A stretch of 63,984 nt of DNA, the filler included, from Choristocarpus tenellus KU-1152 (taxonomy: Eukaryota; Protista; Phaeophyceae): NCBI GenBank assembly GCA_964200185.2. It is 12 parts of 12 records of this genome, joined end to end, with 100 filler letters (N's around TTAATTAATTAA, not from the genome) between each part and the next. Parts side by side here need not be neighbours in the genome. Positions count along the whole stretch, not along the records: positions 32,781 to 39,409 come from CAXNAD020007713.1; positions 39,510 to 45,594 come from CAXNAD020008976.1; positions 45,695 to 52,527 come from CAXNAD020007253.1; 9 more parts are not named here. The stretch is one strand, 5' to 3'. Numbering within the stretch: position 1 is the stretch's first letter; each line of letters begins with the position of its first letter. Below are positions 36,908-50,339 of the stretch, piece by piece. The position numbers were made by a program, and so were the translations under genes. Below the pieces are notes generated by a model that worked only from the letters and a program-made list of their open reading frames with translations, had not been told where the DNA came from and ran no database searches.

Positions 36908-38822
36908 GTAATATTTTTTGGTTTGATTTGGTTCATGCTTGATAGCTCTATTTGTGCGGAGAGTAGTGTGTTTCTCCCTCCAAGCCCCTTTTTTTCTTTT
37001 CTCTTCTGTTTCTTGCGGCTTTGCTTTTTTGGGGTGAGCTTGGCCCTTCTCGGTTCATATATGAAGAGGGGATTGGAAGAGGGGTGCCGCCTGCGATCGG
37101 CTTCAGTGATTCCTGTTTAGGGTTGTGTGTCGTCATTTGTGGAAGAGGTTCATCTTGTTAGATGATGGCAGATGCACAGAGGAACATTTGCCGCCATCCT
37201 TTGATGGAATGTTCTTTTGAGTGTATTATGTGTTGCAGGTGCTTCTATTAACAAACTATAAAGCATTGCTGTAGAAGGAGCAGGGCCTGCAGAAGGAAAT
37301 ACATATATTTTCGAAGTGTAACGAAAAGGACCAAGTACTACTGGAGTATTTGGAAAATATATGTGTGTTTTAAAGTTTTTAGTAGGGCGTACATGCAGAT
37401 ACTTTGGTGTATCTCTTTTGGTTTGTGTCCATGATATGTGCTGCAGTTGCCTACTCAGAAACGTGTATGGATGGACCCTAACCCTAAACTTTGCCCTATC
37501 TCATGGAAAGCTAAATGTGATTTTTCCACTCGGAACAGAGGACACACATGAGATCGGAACATTGGAGGTTTCACACAGACGCATCGTATTGTGCACCCAC
37601 GCACTCCTCACATTGCTGGTTTGACCAATTAGTAACCGGATGGGATGTGTTAATACAGCCTTCTATTTCATGGGGATACCCTTCCTTGAGACTGAGTGTT
37701 AATACACGTTTGACTCTACATGGTGCCGTGAATGTCTGATGGAAAGTGGGGGAGGTGGCATTGCACAGAGGATAGTCCTGCGGGGTAGGATATGGAGTGC
37801 GTAGTCAGGGTCATGATTTCTCTGCTTGAGCAAGTGGTGTGAAATCCCCACACCTGCTCTTTGTCGTACATGTTGAACAAACTACTCCCCACTTCCCAGA
37901 CACCTTGACTTACAACCATCGTCACTGCCACAAGCAAGACCTTTCCCCCATAGGGCAAAACCAGGCAATGGAAAAATAGTATATCCTAGTTCCCTACCCA
38001 CTGCGCCACTGTCATCCCTACCATCGGGTTCTCTCCGTATGCATTTCTTTACTCCAAACAGTACACTATAGTACTAAGGTATATGTTCCTAAGAAAACTC
38101 TGAACTTTCAATAATTTTTCTCCATACTTCTAGCTTTGCTTCTCCCCAGCAAACTTCCATCTACCTCCTCTTCAAGGTCAGTGTGATGCACTGTCTACTG
38201 GAGACAACTTTTTGCAGTCCATGCCCCTCAGATTCCGCTATCCCTCCCACCACCCCACGTACATGCTGCTCTCATCGTGACCATATGTACACATAGGTAG
38301 CAGATGCGTTGGGTATAAAGTTGTGGACTGGCACCAACTATAATCCACCGCTTCCGATTAGTAACGATTGACCGATATAACGATATTTTTTCTTATCTAT
38401 TACTGGATTCTTTTCTACTATGTATATTCCATAGCCTTGACCTGTTTTCGGATCATGGGGTCCCTCAGAATAGAGCTGATAGAGGTTTCATCTTAGCTTT
38501 TCTGTTAAATACGGCAGACTATGGAGGTTCCTTGGGGTTAGGATTAGGGTAGGGTCCCTCCAATAGTCCGTCCGATTTGTCAAAATAGTTGGGGTGAAAG
38601 TTTTAACTAACTCCTTGATGGAGAACGTACCAGGTCCAGGGCCTCTTACCACTCTGGAGATTATTTTCTTTCGGCAACGCCACTTCCTGCCGCACGCTAT
38701 GTCCTATGACCCAGACGATTAATCAGGAATAATTGCCAAGAGCTAAATCGATTATAATAATCGTCAGTCGCAAATCCTCTCGATCTACAACTTAGTAAAA
38801 GAAAACACTTATGTGCTAATGG

Positions 38823-39081
38823 GAACCAAAGTAAACGAGAGATACCCAGGTTTTGGCCACCTTGCATTTTAAGTCAGTTTTTCAATCTTTTGCAATCAAC
38901 CCATATTTCTATGGATGAAGTGCTAAATTTGACTTGAGAGCGTTGATTTCTCTATTGTTTGAGACTCTTAGACATAATTCAGAAAATATCTTACACATAT
39001 TTGTTAAAAGAGAAGATTTTTGCTCATAATTGTCAGCATCCTTAAAATGCAACTCTGGGTACCTCTCGCTCACTTTGACTC
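38823..39081 (+). mobile_element. MITE family C (about 250-270 bp), full copy
   Basis: GAACCAAAGTAAACGAGAGATACCCAG ... CTGGGTACCTCTCGCTCACTTTGACTC; homologous to 46582, 48575, 62055. Confidence 0.82.
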
Positions 39082-39509
39082 TGAGTCATGGTTCATCATT
39101 GTAAAACGGTGGTAGTGAAGGGTAGCCTGACAGAACCGGCACATTTCATTGCACAAAAAATAGATGCTTCTGTCAAAACATTTTCTATGTTTGAAACAGG
39201 AAGCGACTCCACCAAGTAAGTGGGGTTGAGGGACGCGGAAGATGGTCCAGTGATGAAGGCACAAAATGAAACGGATGGATGGATTTCTGGCAGGAGAGGC
39301 TAAGTGAGGGGAAGAAGCACGAGTTCCACTCCATGCAATCCCAATCCATGAAAAGCAGCAATGTCAACCATCACTGCGCACCATCAAATCTCCTCCCCTC
39401 CTTCCACACNNNNNNNNNNNNNNNNNNNNNNNNNNNNNNNNNNNNNNNNNNNNTTAATTAATTAANNNNNNNNNNNNNNNNNNNNNNNNNNNNNNNNNNN
39501 NNNNNNNNN

Positions 39510-41500
39510 CCTGTTGCCTGTAGCCGTGGCTGAATCCGCCGCTGTTCCTCAGGGACTCGATGGCGGCCTTGTGGTTCGCGTCCCAGAGCACAGTGAATGT
39601 ATGAACCGCCCTGAAGTCGACCTTACCCTGTGTGCCGATTTACGCAACATTGCGGAGGAGAGGGCAACGTCGGTGATGTCATATATGATGAGGATCCTAA
39701 CAGAGTTCGTCGTATCATTGAGTCACATCGTGTCTGCCTAAGTATTTCTATGGAGATACGAACTCTGCACAATAGACATATGTGACCCATCAAGGTTTGT
39801 CTTTCATCTGCGGAAAGCGAAACTGACTTGGCTCGCTGCGGTGGGGTTAATGGCAGATTCGGTCAGAAGGATTTCATGTTGAATGTATTAGTGACGAAGT
39901 CTTTTCGTTCTGCATGTGTGATGGTGGGTTCAATGGCTGTGCAACCGAATTTTATCGACCGCCTATCGTTCACTTTACATATTCGAGTGTTGTTACTGAC
40001 ATGCTTGGAACTGTGCCGCACTCACATCGTTTGTGTTCCTCCTTTTGTGATCCTGCCACACACCGCACAGGACTTTCTCAAACTCATCGGTTTCTGGTGG
40101 CAGAGTGATGAGGTCAGCGAACGAGGGATTAGTATTGTTGGATTATAATTCATGGGTTGTCCGTGTCGACCATAATACAAATCCCAGAAACATTCATTAA
40201 TGGTTGTGGTCTTACCTTCCTCTGCACATATCTGGGCCAGAATCGCTATTGCATTGTAGAACTGATTGGCCGTCCTGTAGCTCGCACTATTCAGTCCACT
40301 CTCCAGGTTAGTATCCACCCATGCCTTTTTTAGAAAGGCCGCGATCTTCCCAGTCACAACCTTCTTCGCCACCCCATTGAACACGTCATCACAATCTGAA
40401 AAATCCAACTTGCCATGCGAGTACCGGTTACACGGCCTCAATAGGGCATTGCGCCTCTTGTTTTCCTTGTTGTTCTCAAGGTCTGGCAGGGTGGATGGGA
40501 GGGGCTTGACCTTTCCAAATTCTGTCCGGAACTCCTTCATGGCCCGCAAACATGACACCATCCTCGGGAATACATCAACGACGTTGGGGACGTGTGACTT
40601 GCTCGATGTCACACCTTGTCCGATCGATAGTGATTCCGCCTTCTCTTTGTCACATCGTGGATAGACGTTCCATACGAGGTGGGTGCCACGATTATGCAGG
40701 ATATGGATTACTTTAGAGGCCCAATCCTTATCCACAAAGTCAGGCAAAGNNNNNNNNNNTTAACAGCATTAGTCGATGCTGTCCATTCAGGCAGTAGAAC
40801 ATGTTGAGAGGGTCTTAAGGGTTCCGCGAATTCCCCAACTTGTCCTTCTCCACGAATCCACCGACGATGTAGTATTTGATAAGAGAACTGATGGAGAGAT
40901 CCCCTTCAATCCCATAGTCCACCATGTACTCCCTTATCTCGTCCGCGGTCTTCCATCGTGAGCACATGGCATAAGCCTGCGACGTTAGGACAGATCATAC
41001 GTGCTGCCCTGCCTCCTTGTGATCCTTTGGGATATCGTTAAAGATGGACGCAAGTCTGCCCTCGTCAAGCAAACTTGCGTTGTAGTCTTGGGACAGAAAT
41101 CCAGTGGTGGCCAGGTAGGTGGTTTTGATTGCGCCCAGTCGAAGGCTACAAATTTGTGCGGTCCTCTTTCTGGTCTCTTGAAAAGCATGTTCTCTCGTAG
41201 TCCTTAATGTAATGTACGGTTTATGAAAACATGGCGTCGAACGAAAGAGGGTATGGGGAATGGTTTTCAGTAACGTATGCAGCTGATATGTTTCGCATGG
41301 TTGTGTGTTAAGGACGATTAGGTAGGGACTAAGATGAAACAAGCGATCATACAACTGTTTTGCGAACGAGCAGGCTATTGGGTGAAGAGTGATTTGCACC
41401 ATTGAAGGAATGTCTGTATTGCATTGGACATGGAAAACCGGATGGGTCTTAAGTTCAGGCTCTTTGCACTTCGTCGACATAATTTTGAAGGACAGCATCT
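39510..41500 (-). pseudogene. Degenerate large ORF of unrecognised family, copy 1 (probably repeat/mobile-element or viral relic)
   Basis: 241-aa open segment 40022-40747 plus flanking broken frames; collinear amino-acid similarity to 57435-59200 on another contig. Confidence 0.6.
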
Positions 41501-41577
41501 GAAAATTATAAGGAGTTCCGTCGCGAAAATTAATAACGTTTCAGAATTCCTGAAATATGTGCCTAGAGTTTTTTACT

Positions 41578-41985
41578 TCTCGCATGCTGTAGTTCGGTGC
41601 CATGCGAAAATAGGGTTTAGTTGAGAAGTGATTCGTGATACATTCTTGTGTTTTGAATGAGCGTGGTTACATGATTATCCTTTCTTCGAAAAATATGAAA
41701 TTGATATAACAAAAAGGTGCGAGCGACGTGATCAGTGAAATAGAAGTGGTTGGGAAAGAAAACCTGATTTATACACTTTACGATGCAAATCTCGCATGAC
41801 GTTGTTCGGCGTCATGTGAAAATAGGGTATAGTTGAGAAGCGATTCGTCATACGTTTTTAATCTGTTGAATGAGTGTGGTTACATGATTATCCATTCTTC
41901 AAAAAAAAAATGGATATAAAAAAAGGTAATATGGACGTGATCAGAGAAATAGAAATGGTTGGGGAAAGGGAATCTGACTGATCAA
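41578..41985. repeat. Diverged direct duplication, 2 x about 212 bp
   Basis: TCTCGCATG..GAAAATAGGGT.TAGTTGAGAAG.GATTCGT..GAATGAG.GTGGTTACATGATTATCC..GACGTGATCAG.GAAATAGAA at 41578 and 41790. Confidence 0.85.
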
Positions 41986-44900
41986 CTTGCATGGTAATCA
42001 ATGTGGCTGGTTATGCTCCTTAATTCATTACATAAGAGGAAAAGGTCGCGCTAAAAAAAAAAAGGCAGTGGTGGAGTGCTCGGGTTTCGGGTGACGAGGA
42101 CTAGCAATAGAGGGCGGCTATTGTTGTTGCATATTAATATTTCAAAAAGTGAGGGATGGGTGAGGTGCAAACCCGAAAGAAATTATTGTTTTTCGAATGT
42201 AAGGCTGTACAGGGTATCGTGTATTTCTTCACGTACAAGATGTTCACATCGGCAGCGTACTGCTTAGGGAAGCCATGTGAATTGGATACGGAGGTGGGTG
42301 GTCACTTTTTGGTGAATACTGAAACGATGTCCAAAATTAACAATGGGTTGGATGCAATACTTGAAAGAAATATTACTTACCAATGAAAAAAAAACACCGG
42401 GTTACATGTGTATTCCTTCTTGAAAAACATGTGAAAAGGGGCAGCGAACTGGTTCGGAATATGAACATAATTGGCTACAGCGGAGAGTGGTTTGTTCTGT
42501 TGGTCAATCTAAAAGTGGTGTTGATAATTATGAACGGGTGACATGTAGTACTTCACATAAATCTCAGTTTTGTATGGGAAAAATCACTGGGGATCATGTA
42601 TTCCCCATGCAAAAATGTATCGGAGGGGGCTGTGAACTAAGGCGTCAAACGACTGAAGAATTGGATGCAGAGGAGGGTCGCATCTTCCTTGTGTTTATTC
42701 CTAAAATGATGTCGAAAGCTCGGAATGGCTGGGGCGCACTACCTCAAAATACACGGTTAGGCATTGAGATGACACAAATGAAATAGGATTACTATGCAAC
42801 ACAAAACAAACAACGCGTGCATGAAAGAGATGCAGGTAGTGATCACAGTTTGGTACAGGGTAGGGTTACTGTTTGTGTGAATCGACGTAAGAATGTGCGA
42901 TGGGAGTTAGGGCAGCCGTGTTAGGGACTGTATTTGTGAGGGAGCATACGATATGTGCGCTAACGATCTGCTTGGCAAATTCTGTATACATTGCGAAGAT
43001 GTTTTAACAAGACTGTGTTGGGTTGGTTAAGGTGTGCACCAGGGACATGGGGTCATTCAAATTTTGTGAATATGCGCAACGCGATGATGGAAATTTACGA
43101 AGGGACGTTGTAAAGGTTGTTACCGTGAACTTTGACAATGTTTACAACCATTTCGGAATTAGGGAGGGGAGGGGGGGGGGTAGAGGTGCACACGTGGTGG
43201 CCGTCATTATGGACAAGAAGAGGGATGAGTATAATCTTCAATCCCAACTGTTCCAAATAATTATGACTTAATGATTTCGTTGTCATTCGTGGACTTCGTG
43301 AGAGTGTACATGTGGGCGGGGCTGCAGTAGTATGCCTGATTCTTTCACAAGTTCTATAAAGGAACATGGTCTCAAACTAGAGGGACTAACGACCACGACC
43401 TTAGAGTTCTACGGAGGATTTGTTGGTGCGATGGAGTGATACAAAAGAAAAGGTTGCGTAATGATGGGAGGGTGTGTGTGTGATCTGGCGAGGAATATGG
43501 CGATTTCAGTTGCGGTTGTTATTGTGGTCGATAAACCATGTGTTATTTCCGTGTGGAAAAGGTGAAGGTGGTGTTGCATAGAGTAGGGTTAGGAAAACAT
43601 GTATGAGTGTGTAGCTATGTGGTAACAGCGCGCACAGACTCTACTGCGTTCGTGGGATGGGTAGATTATGACTTTCACTATGTCTCTGGGTTGGTATGAT
43701 GACATTCCGATGATGGGGGTGGGACAACACGGTCAGAACTAATGCGGAAAAAAGCTGTTGCCCAATCTTACGGAAAAGCCAAGGAAGATTCCTATATATA
43801 GTGATCAACACGTTTGACAAATCAAGTTGTGAATGTTCCGCTTGACGCGTTGGGGTAAAGATTGGGTGGTAGAATTAGGTACTGTGTCGTGTGGAACGGG
43901 TTACACCAAAAGGACAAGGACACACATGCAACAGTCATCCTTTCCCGTATTCATGTTACAATGACAGCGTGAGGGGCTTGCTCGAATAGAAACAAATTCG
44001 GAAATAGTGGACAGGGTATACTGTCCTTTTCATTTCTTCGTCTGTAGGACAATAATTCGGTGCGTGTTCCAACCGTGTCTAGATGCGTGAAAGAGGAAAC
44101 ATAAAGGCTAGAAATACGAAGGATCGAGGCTGAATGATCCGGATTGTGCATGGAGCGACGTGTTGGAATGGGAGCTATGATAGTGCGGTAGTGTCTGCTG
44201 AGAGCGGAGAAGGCGAATTCATATACTCAAGGATGGGTTGAATGATCTGGAATAACCTTCAAGATGTATGCCGTCAAACTCACTTGTTGCCTGCTGCTTT
44301 TGACATCCTTATGTCCAGCGTTTGCGACGCCTTTCCTTTTGAGTTCCTTTGCAGTGGGGCAATGTGGGTGCGTTCCAAAGTGGGCAGCGTAAACCTGTAA
44401 GGGAGGAGAAGCCACCTTTTACCCTTAACCGCTGGTCCGGATGGAGGGCTCGCCACGGGGGGTTGCTTCCTGTCTCCGTTTCCGTCACCTCCTCCTCCCA
44501 TACAGAAGACGGTCAGCCGTTTATTCACCTCCCAACTACCCGTATATCGTACTATGATACGTATGTGTTGTACATACGACTAGGGATGATGTAATATGGT
44601 TTAGTTCAAACTCTAACATAAGATACATAAGAACATCAAATCTATCTGCATCCGTTACGTATTGCACTTCATCTTGTGTCTCCAACCATTCAGGTTTCGT
44701 TCCTGCGTAACCTTGCATGGAAATACCCGTGTCAGTAATCGGCGAACCAATATTGATATTTTTTTACAATGAGGCAGATCTTTCCAACATATCCTAAACC
44801 CGTCCAGACCACACACATTTTTTGGAATATAAATGATCAGGTTGTTCTCTTTCTTGGGAACAAGTGAGGCTCTCATTTTGTGGTATGATTTGGATGCCAA

Positions 44901-46581
44901 TCAGATATTCATGCGTTGACGACGTCATCAGAACCTGCCGTTATCCTCCTATAGAAGAATATATATATTATATTATTATGCCCTCTGACATTTTGCAGAT
45001 GTGTCAGGGGGAAACAAATGAAAACTATATACATATGTGTATATATATATATATATATATGTTATCCACATCTGAGAAAAGAGTATAAATATCTGTATCT
45101 CAGGCGAGATTAGGTTGGCTCTTTGATCCCACCCACATTTTTTCTTTGCACTGGCATATAATTTTATTATTATAGCCTCTGACAAATGTTTGGCGTACAT
45201 CGTTCGTTGATATATAATAACCAAATGATATATAAGAACCAACTCACGTTCGCCCTACCCGATTCGCATTACCTCCCACATGACGTCGTCCGAAGTCATT
45301 GTGCGGATCGATCGAGCGATACGAGCACAACAAGAGTATTTCCTACAGGATTTGAGATTTCCGTGCAAACAACTTTCGAACGGAAATCGAAAAAACGAAG
45401 GCCTAAGCGCTTCATGGAAGCAAGGCATATTTTTATAATCTTTCCATTTCGTTAGAATTAGTTGCGAATATCGAGAATGAAAAAGTGCAAATATCTCTTC
45501 ACTAAAATAATGGTTTTATGAACACAGTCAATGTGAAACAGGTGGAAACAGCCGACAGGTTCTTCGTAATGAAGGGGAGCGGGAAGACCCACAGNNNNNN
45601 NNNNNNNNNNNNNNNNNNNNNNNNNNNNNNNNNNNNNNTTAATTAATTAANNNNNNNNNNNNNNNNNNNNNNNNNNNNNNNNNNNNNNNNNNNNCTACAG
45701 CAGGGTGTCCATTTGGGCCCTGACCAGGAAAAGTGCACTTGTATTATCCATCTGACATGTGCAACCAAATTACCCAAAAATCGCAACACGGAAAAATGGA
45801 CCCCGAATGGACAGTCACCAACCTCCCCCCCAGATACCTTGAGCCAAGATCAGTCGGGGGATTCAGGACGCTTGGAGCTGTTCTAGTAGATACGGTCAAG
45901 TGTTTTTATGAGAGGACCTTAGGTGTCTCACTGGGCTTAATATTTGAATGCTCAAGGCTGAAGTGCTTAAAGTTCTATTATATGATGATGTATATGACGC
46001 GGACACTCTGCCAGGCTAATTATATTAAGCTCCATTCGTATCACCACCACCACAAATTCCTCCTCTGCTGCATAGACAAGAGAAGAACTGGTGGACACGC
46101 CTCCAATATGACCTTGACAAGTTCGAGATTGGAATTGATGGCTGAAGTGCCAAGGCCACTAACCAACAGGAGTGGCATAAGTGTGTAGGTGAATGCACAT
46201 TTAATGACCTTCAGGTATTCCAAGGAAAACTAATGTACGCCACATCAAAGCAGCAGCTAAGATCACCCAAGCCACCAAAACCACCATCACCCCTGCTTGT
46301 TGGATGTTTTCTCTTGGGTTGACTTCCCTTATGTGTCTACTCTCTTTCCCTTCCGCCTTTTTTAGGCGATGATGGTGTTTTTCTCCTACGAATTCTATTC
46401 TATTCTTCGTTTTCTTTTTTCCCTTTTTCTTTTTATATTTATCTCTATTTTTATTTTCTTCAACTGATTTGTCTTCTTTTTAATCATTTTTGCCTTTCTT
46501 GAAGGGTACACATATTACCTTCTTTGAACTGCTCTTTCTTCAACAAGTCTGATATCGTGCTCTAAGCCTTTTTTAATCTTG

Positions 46582-46841
46582 GAGTCAAAGCGAACAAGAG
46601 GTACCCAGGTTTGGCCATTTTGTATTTTAAGCCACTTTTTTTGTTATCTTTTGCAACTCATCCTTGTCTTTGTGGATGAAGCACTAGGATTGATTGACCT
46701 CGGAGCACTGGTTTCTCTATTGTACAAGTTCGAAATTTCTCGACAGAATGCAGAAATTTCCTGTAGGCATCTGTACGTAAAGTCTAATTTTACACATTTG
46801 TCAGTCATCCTCAAATTGCAACCTCTAGTCTACTCTGACTC
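46582..46841 (+). mobile_element. MITE family C, full copy
   Basis: GAGTCAAAGCGAACAAGAGGTACCCAGG ... GCAACCTCTAGTCTACTCTGACTC. Confidence 0.78.
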
Positions 46842-46968
46842 CCTGACCAAGGCAAAGGTGTCTACATCCCAGCAATGACACATGCGGCCGGTAGCGTATA
46901 AGTCCAGAAGGCACGGATGAGCTGGAGGAGGTCACCAGGGTACTTTTTCATAAAAGGTCGAGCTTTCA

Positions 46969-47149
46969 GAGCCAAAGTATCTGGGGGGGGGAGGGGGGTC
47001 TACACCAGGGTGTCCATTTGGACCAAAATAAGGAAAAGTGCATTTTCATTATCCATCGGGCGTATGCAACCAAATCACCGAAAAATCGCGACATGAAAAA
47101 ATTGACCCCAAACGGACAGCCGCCACTCCCCCCGCATATACTTGAAGCC
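46969..47149 (+). mobile_element. MITE family A, full copy
   Basis: GAGCCAAAGTATCTGGGGG ... CATATACTTGAAGCC. Confidence 0.85.
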
Positions 47150-47488
47150 TTCAGAGGTGTGCTCAAACAAGAAATCAACAAGTACATCCCGGAGGAATAG
47201 GTAGTAGTAGTAGTAGTTTTACTTTCTCGGGTATTTGGAAGGAGAAGGCCACCACAATACCGATGAAAAGGTAAGGTGCCACAGAAAGCGCAACTTCCTC
47301 TCTCACTGACACGTTGCATGATGTAATGTGGCATGAAAGTAAAAAATTTGGATCGTCTCATGTGTTACAGCTCAACAGGCACCTAGGAGGCGACTGCAAG
47401 CTATGGGGAGATGGAGGCCCTGAGATGCAAGCAGGATTTATCGTGGTCATCAGTGGTTGTTCCTTCCCGAAGAGTGGACAAGTAAATA

Positions 47489-47667
47489 GGCTCAAAGTAT
47501 CTGGGGGGTGGGTGGCGGCTGTCTATTTGGGGCCGATTTTTCATGTCGCGATTTTTGGGTGATTTGGTTCCATACGTCGGATGGATAATGAAAGTGCATT
47601 TTTCCTGGTTTTGGCTCAAATGAACACCCTGGTGTAGACCCCCCTCCCCCCACAGATACTTTGGGTC
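47489..47667 (-). mobile_element. MITE family A, full copy with possible 3-bp TSD ATA
   Basis: ATA|GGCTCAAAGTATCT ... AGATACTTTGGGTC|ATA. Confidence 0.88.
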
Positions 47668-48574
47668 ATATCGGTACATAAAGTATAATTTTACACATTT
47701 TTCAGTCATCCTTAAAATGCAACCTCTAGTTTACTCTGATACAAATAAATATTTGCAAAGTCACTTTTTTTACAGGTATATTTATTACATTTTATGAATT
47801 GCGCCTGAAAGGTTAAAACAATAGAGAAATAAACGCTCTCAGGGCAAACTTAGAATTTCATCCATAGAAACATGGGCGAATTACAAAAGATCCGAACACA
47901 GGCTTAAGATGCAAAACATCCAAAACCTGGGTACCTCTAATTTACTCTTATACGATGGTCCTGGACTAGTCCTCAAAAAATACATTCCACCTGGGCGGTC
48001 CTCAATCTGGTCCCATAATGTACTACCGATTTGGTGCAATTTGTTGGTAGTAACACTGTAACATGAATGCTATTTGATTACAGGACTGGGATCCCTCACG
48101 CTCAAGCTTCTTGCGCCTAGTGGTTTGTAGGCGTTATTCCGGCATAGATTTCAGGGATTCGAACTGCTCCACACCAGATTTCTTTTGAAGGATGTCTGAT
48201 TTCCATCATCCAAACATAAAGTAGAAAGCACAACAGCTTGTCCACCTGTACTATTCTATTTGCCACTTACGACACAAAGAAAGGTTGGAAGTCCGTAACA
48301 GTGCGGCAAGATTTTATTGGGTAGAGGGAAACTGAAGGTGATCCAGCACAATATTCAAGGGAGGACATAGAGTATTGAGCAGTAGGATGGTTGCACCCAA
48401 TTGAGAGAAGGAAGGCATAAACGGAGCTCGTGCAGCTAGTAGCCCTAGTGCAACAGTAGTTTGTAGTATGAGATGTATTGTACAGGTACAGTGTGTAGTA
48501 CGTCCAATCACGGGTTGGGACAGTCTCCAAAGTAAAGCGATAAATGCCATAAAGTTAATGATATAAACAATGAA

Positions 48575-48847
48575 GACCCAAAGTAAACAGGAGGTATTCA
48601 GGTTTAGGCCGTTGTGCATTCATTCTAAGTCTGTTTTTCAATCTATAGCGATTCACCCATGTTTCTATGGAGAAGTTATAAATTTGACTTGAAAGTGTTC
48701 ATTTCTCTGTTGTTTTGTCCTTCTGACACAATTCACAAAATATCTTACACATATACCTTTTTTTTTTAAAGCTGAATTTTGGAAGTATTGTCAGCGTTCT
48801 TAAAACGGTGCACACATACTCAGGGTATCTTTCGTTTACTTTGACTA
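48575..48847 (+). mobile_element. MITE family C, full copy
   Basis: GACCCAAAGTAAACAGGAGGTATTCAGG ... CAGGGTATCTTTCGTTTACTTTGACT; further fragments at 47681-47741 and 47820-47950. Confidence 0.78.
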
Positions 48848-50339
48848 AAAATACTGTACTTACTGCAGTAAACAGTAATGTAAAGAAAAAGAAAATGAAA
48901 GCAGCAACTAGTATACGTGTATACGAAATCATTTCGTATTCTTCATCTTTGAGCAAAATCGCATTACATCATAAAAAAAAATGATCATTATATCACCACA
49001 TATAGCGTGAGGGATATCTCAGGTACAGTCGGACCTAATGATGTTGCTGCATATATACTACGGACACACCACAGTTCGAACTGGCAACCAGTAGTGGAGC
49101 CATTGATGGATCATCACCCCGTAGATTTGCACATGTAATTGTGTCATATCCACTCATACTCCAGTCAGCCAATCGCGTGTAGATTCCACTATAGGTCAGA
49201 CTCCATGCCCACACTAGTTGCACCATTGGCAGATTTTGTAGACTCGAACCTCTCCACAACTTGAGCTATTGAACAGGCCTTTGTCGGGAGGAACTATTCA
49301 ACCTGGGTCAGGATGGACATATATTTGACGTGTCGCGAATAATGTTGTATCTATCACTGCCCCTCCCGCTGTTGCTACTTAGGGCTCATCATAAATCAAT
49401 GTATGGGAGGGAGGTAAGGTGAGGGACGTGGGAGCACTCATTACTCATCAATACTCATCAGAAAATATGTAATGATAATTGTAGTATTATACTTTGTATG
49501 TGTAGTTTGTTTTTCAGATGTTCATCAGTTAGACTACATTCTACTATAATACGACTTCTCAACCATGATTTTTCAACGTTCACCACATCTGACAGGACCA
49601 CTAAAATACAATACTACATACGTAGCATGAACTTGTTGGACCAGTTCAGGGTTATCAAAGAGTGTAACCAGACGAGGCCGTGGACCAGCCCAGGTAAAAC
49701 ATGCTCAACAGGGTTGGATCGGGGCTATCGAGATTGCAAACCGGACCTGGCCTCCAACCGGCCTGGGTAAAACATATTCGAACAGGGTCAGACAGGGGGC
49801 GATCGGCATCATAAACTAGACTGGTTCGTAGACTGGTCTGGAGTCCCGGTCCAGCCAGTCGGTCCGCTCAACTGTCACTGTAGTGTATAGGAGAGAGTAG
49901 TAGTTAGAGGAAGAGGAAGACGTAACACAAGAATAATTGAATATAGATACAGCTTACTGCAGTAAGATGCTCGTACAAATTATATATATTGATAGTGGGT
50001 GGAAAGGAAGAATCTGAATGTAGTAGAAGACAACAATTGCTGCTTGGCAGATATAACAAGTACAGGACAGAATAAAAAAAGAAAAGAAGAGTGAAAGAGA
50101 AGAACACAGAGAAGAAAAGGAGAGGGTAATCGAACCCAGTTTGTCTATGGAGGGGAACAAAGAGAGCCCACCTGGAATACAATCCGAAAAAAATACCACT
50201 CATCAGGTCACACAAGCGAAAGGAGAAAGGGACACAAAATAATTAATCCCAAAAAGAGAATGATATTGAGAAAGCTGCATTCAACAGACATTGGTAGCAG
50301 TGGTTACGTACGGGCTGATTCAGCTGCCGCTTTCTTTCG

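Noticed and set aside
48050-49260. Crypton/tyrosine-recombinase-like hints (VDKLLCFLLYV, CANLRGDD)
   Set aside because: Motifs are short and in the wrong order on the minus strand.
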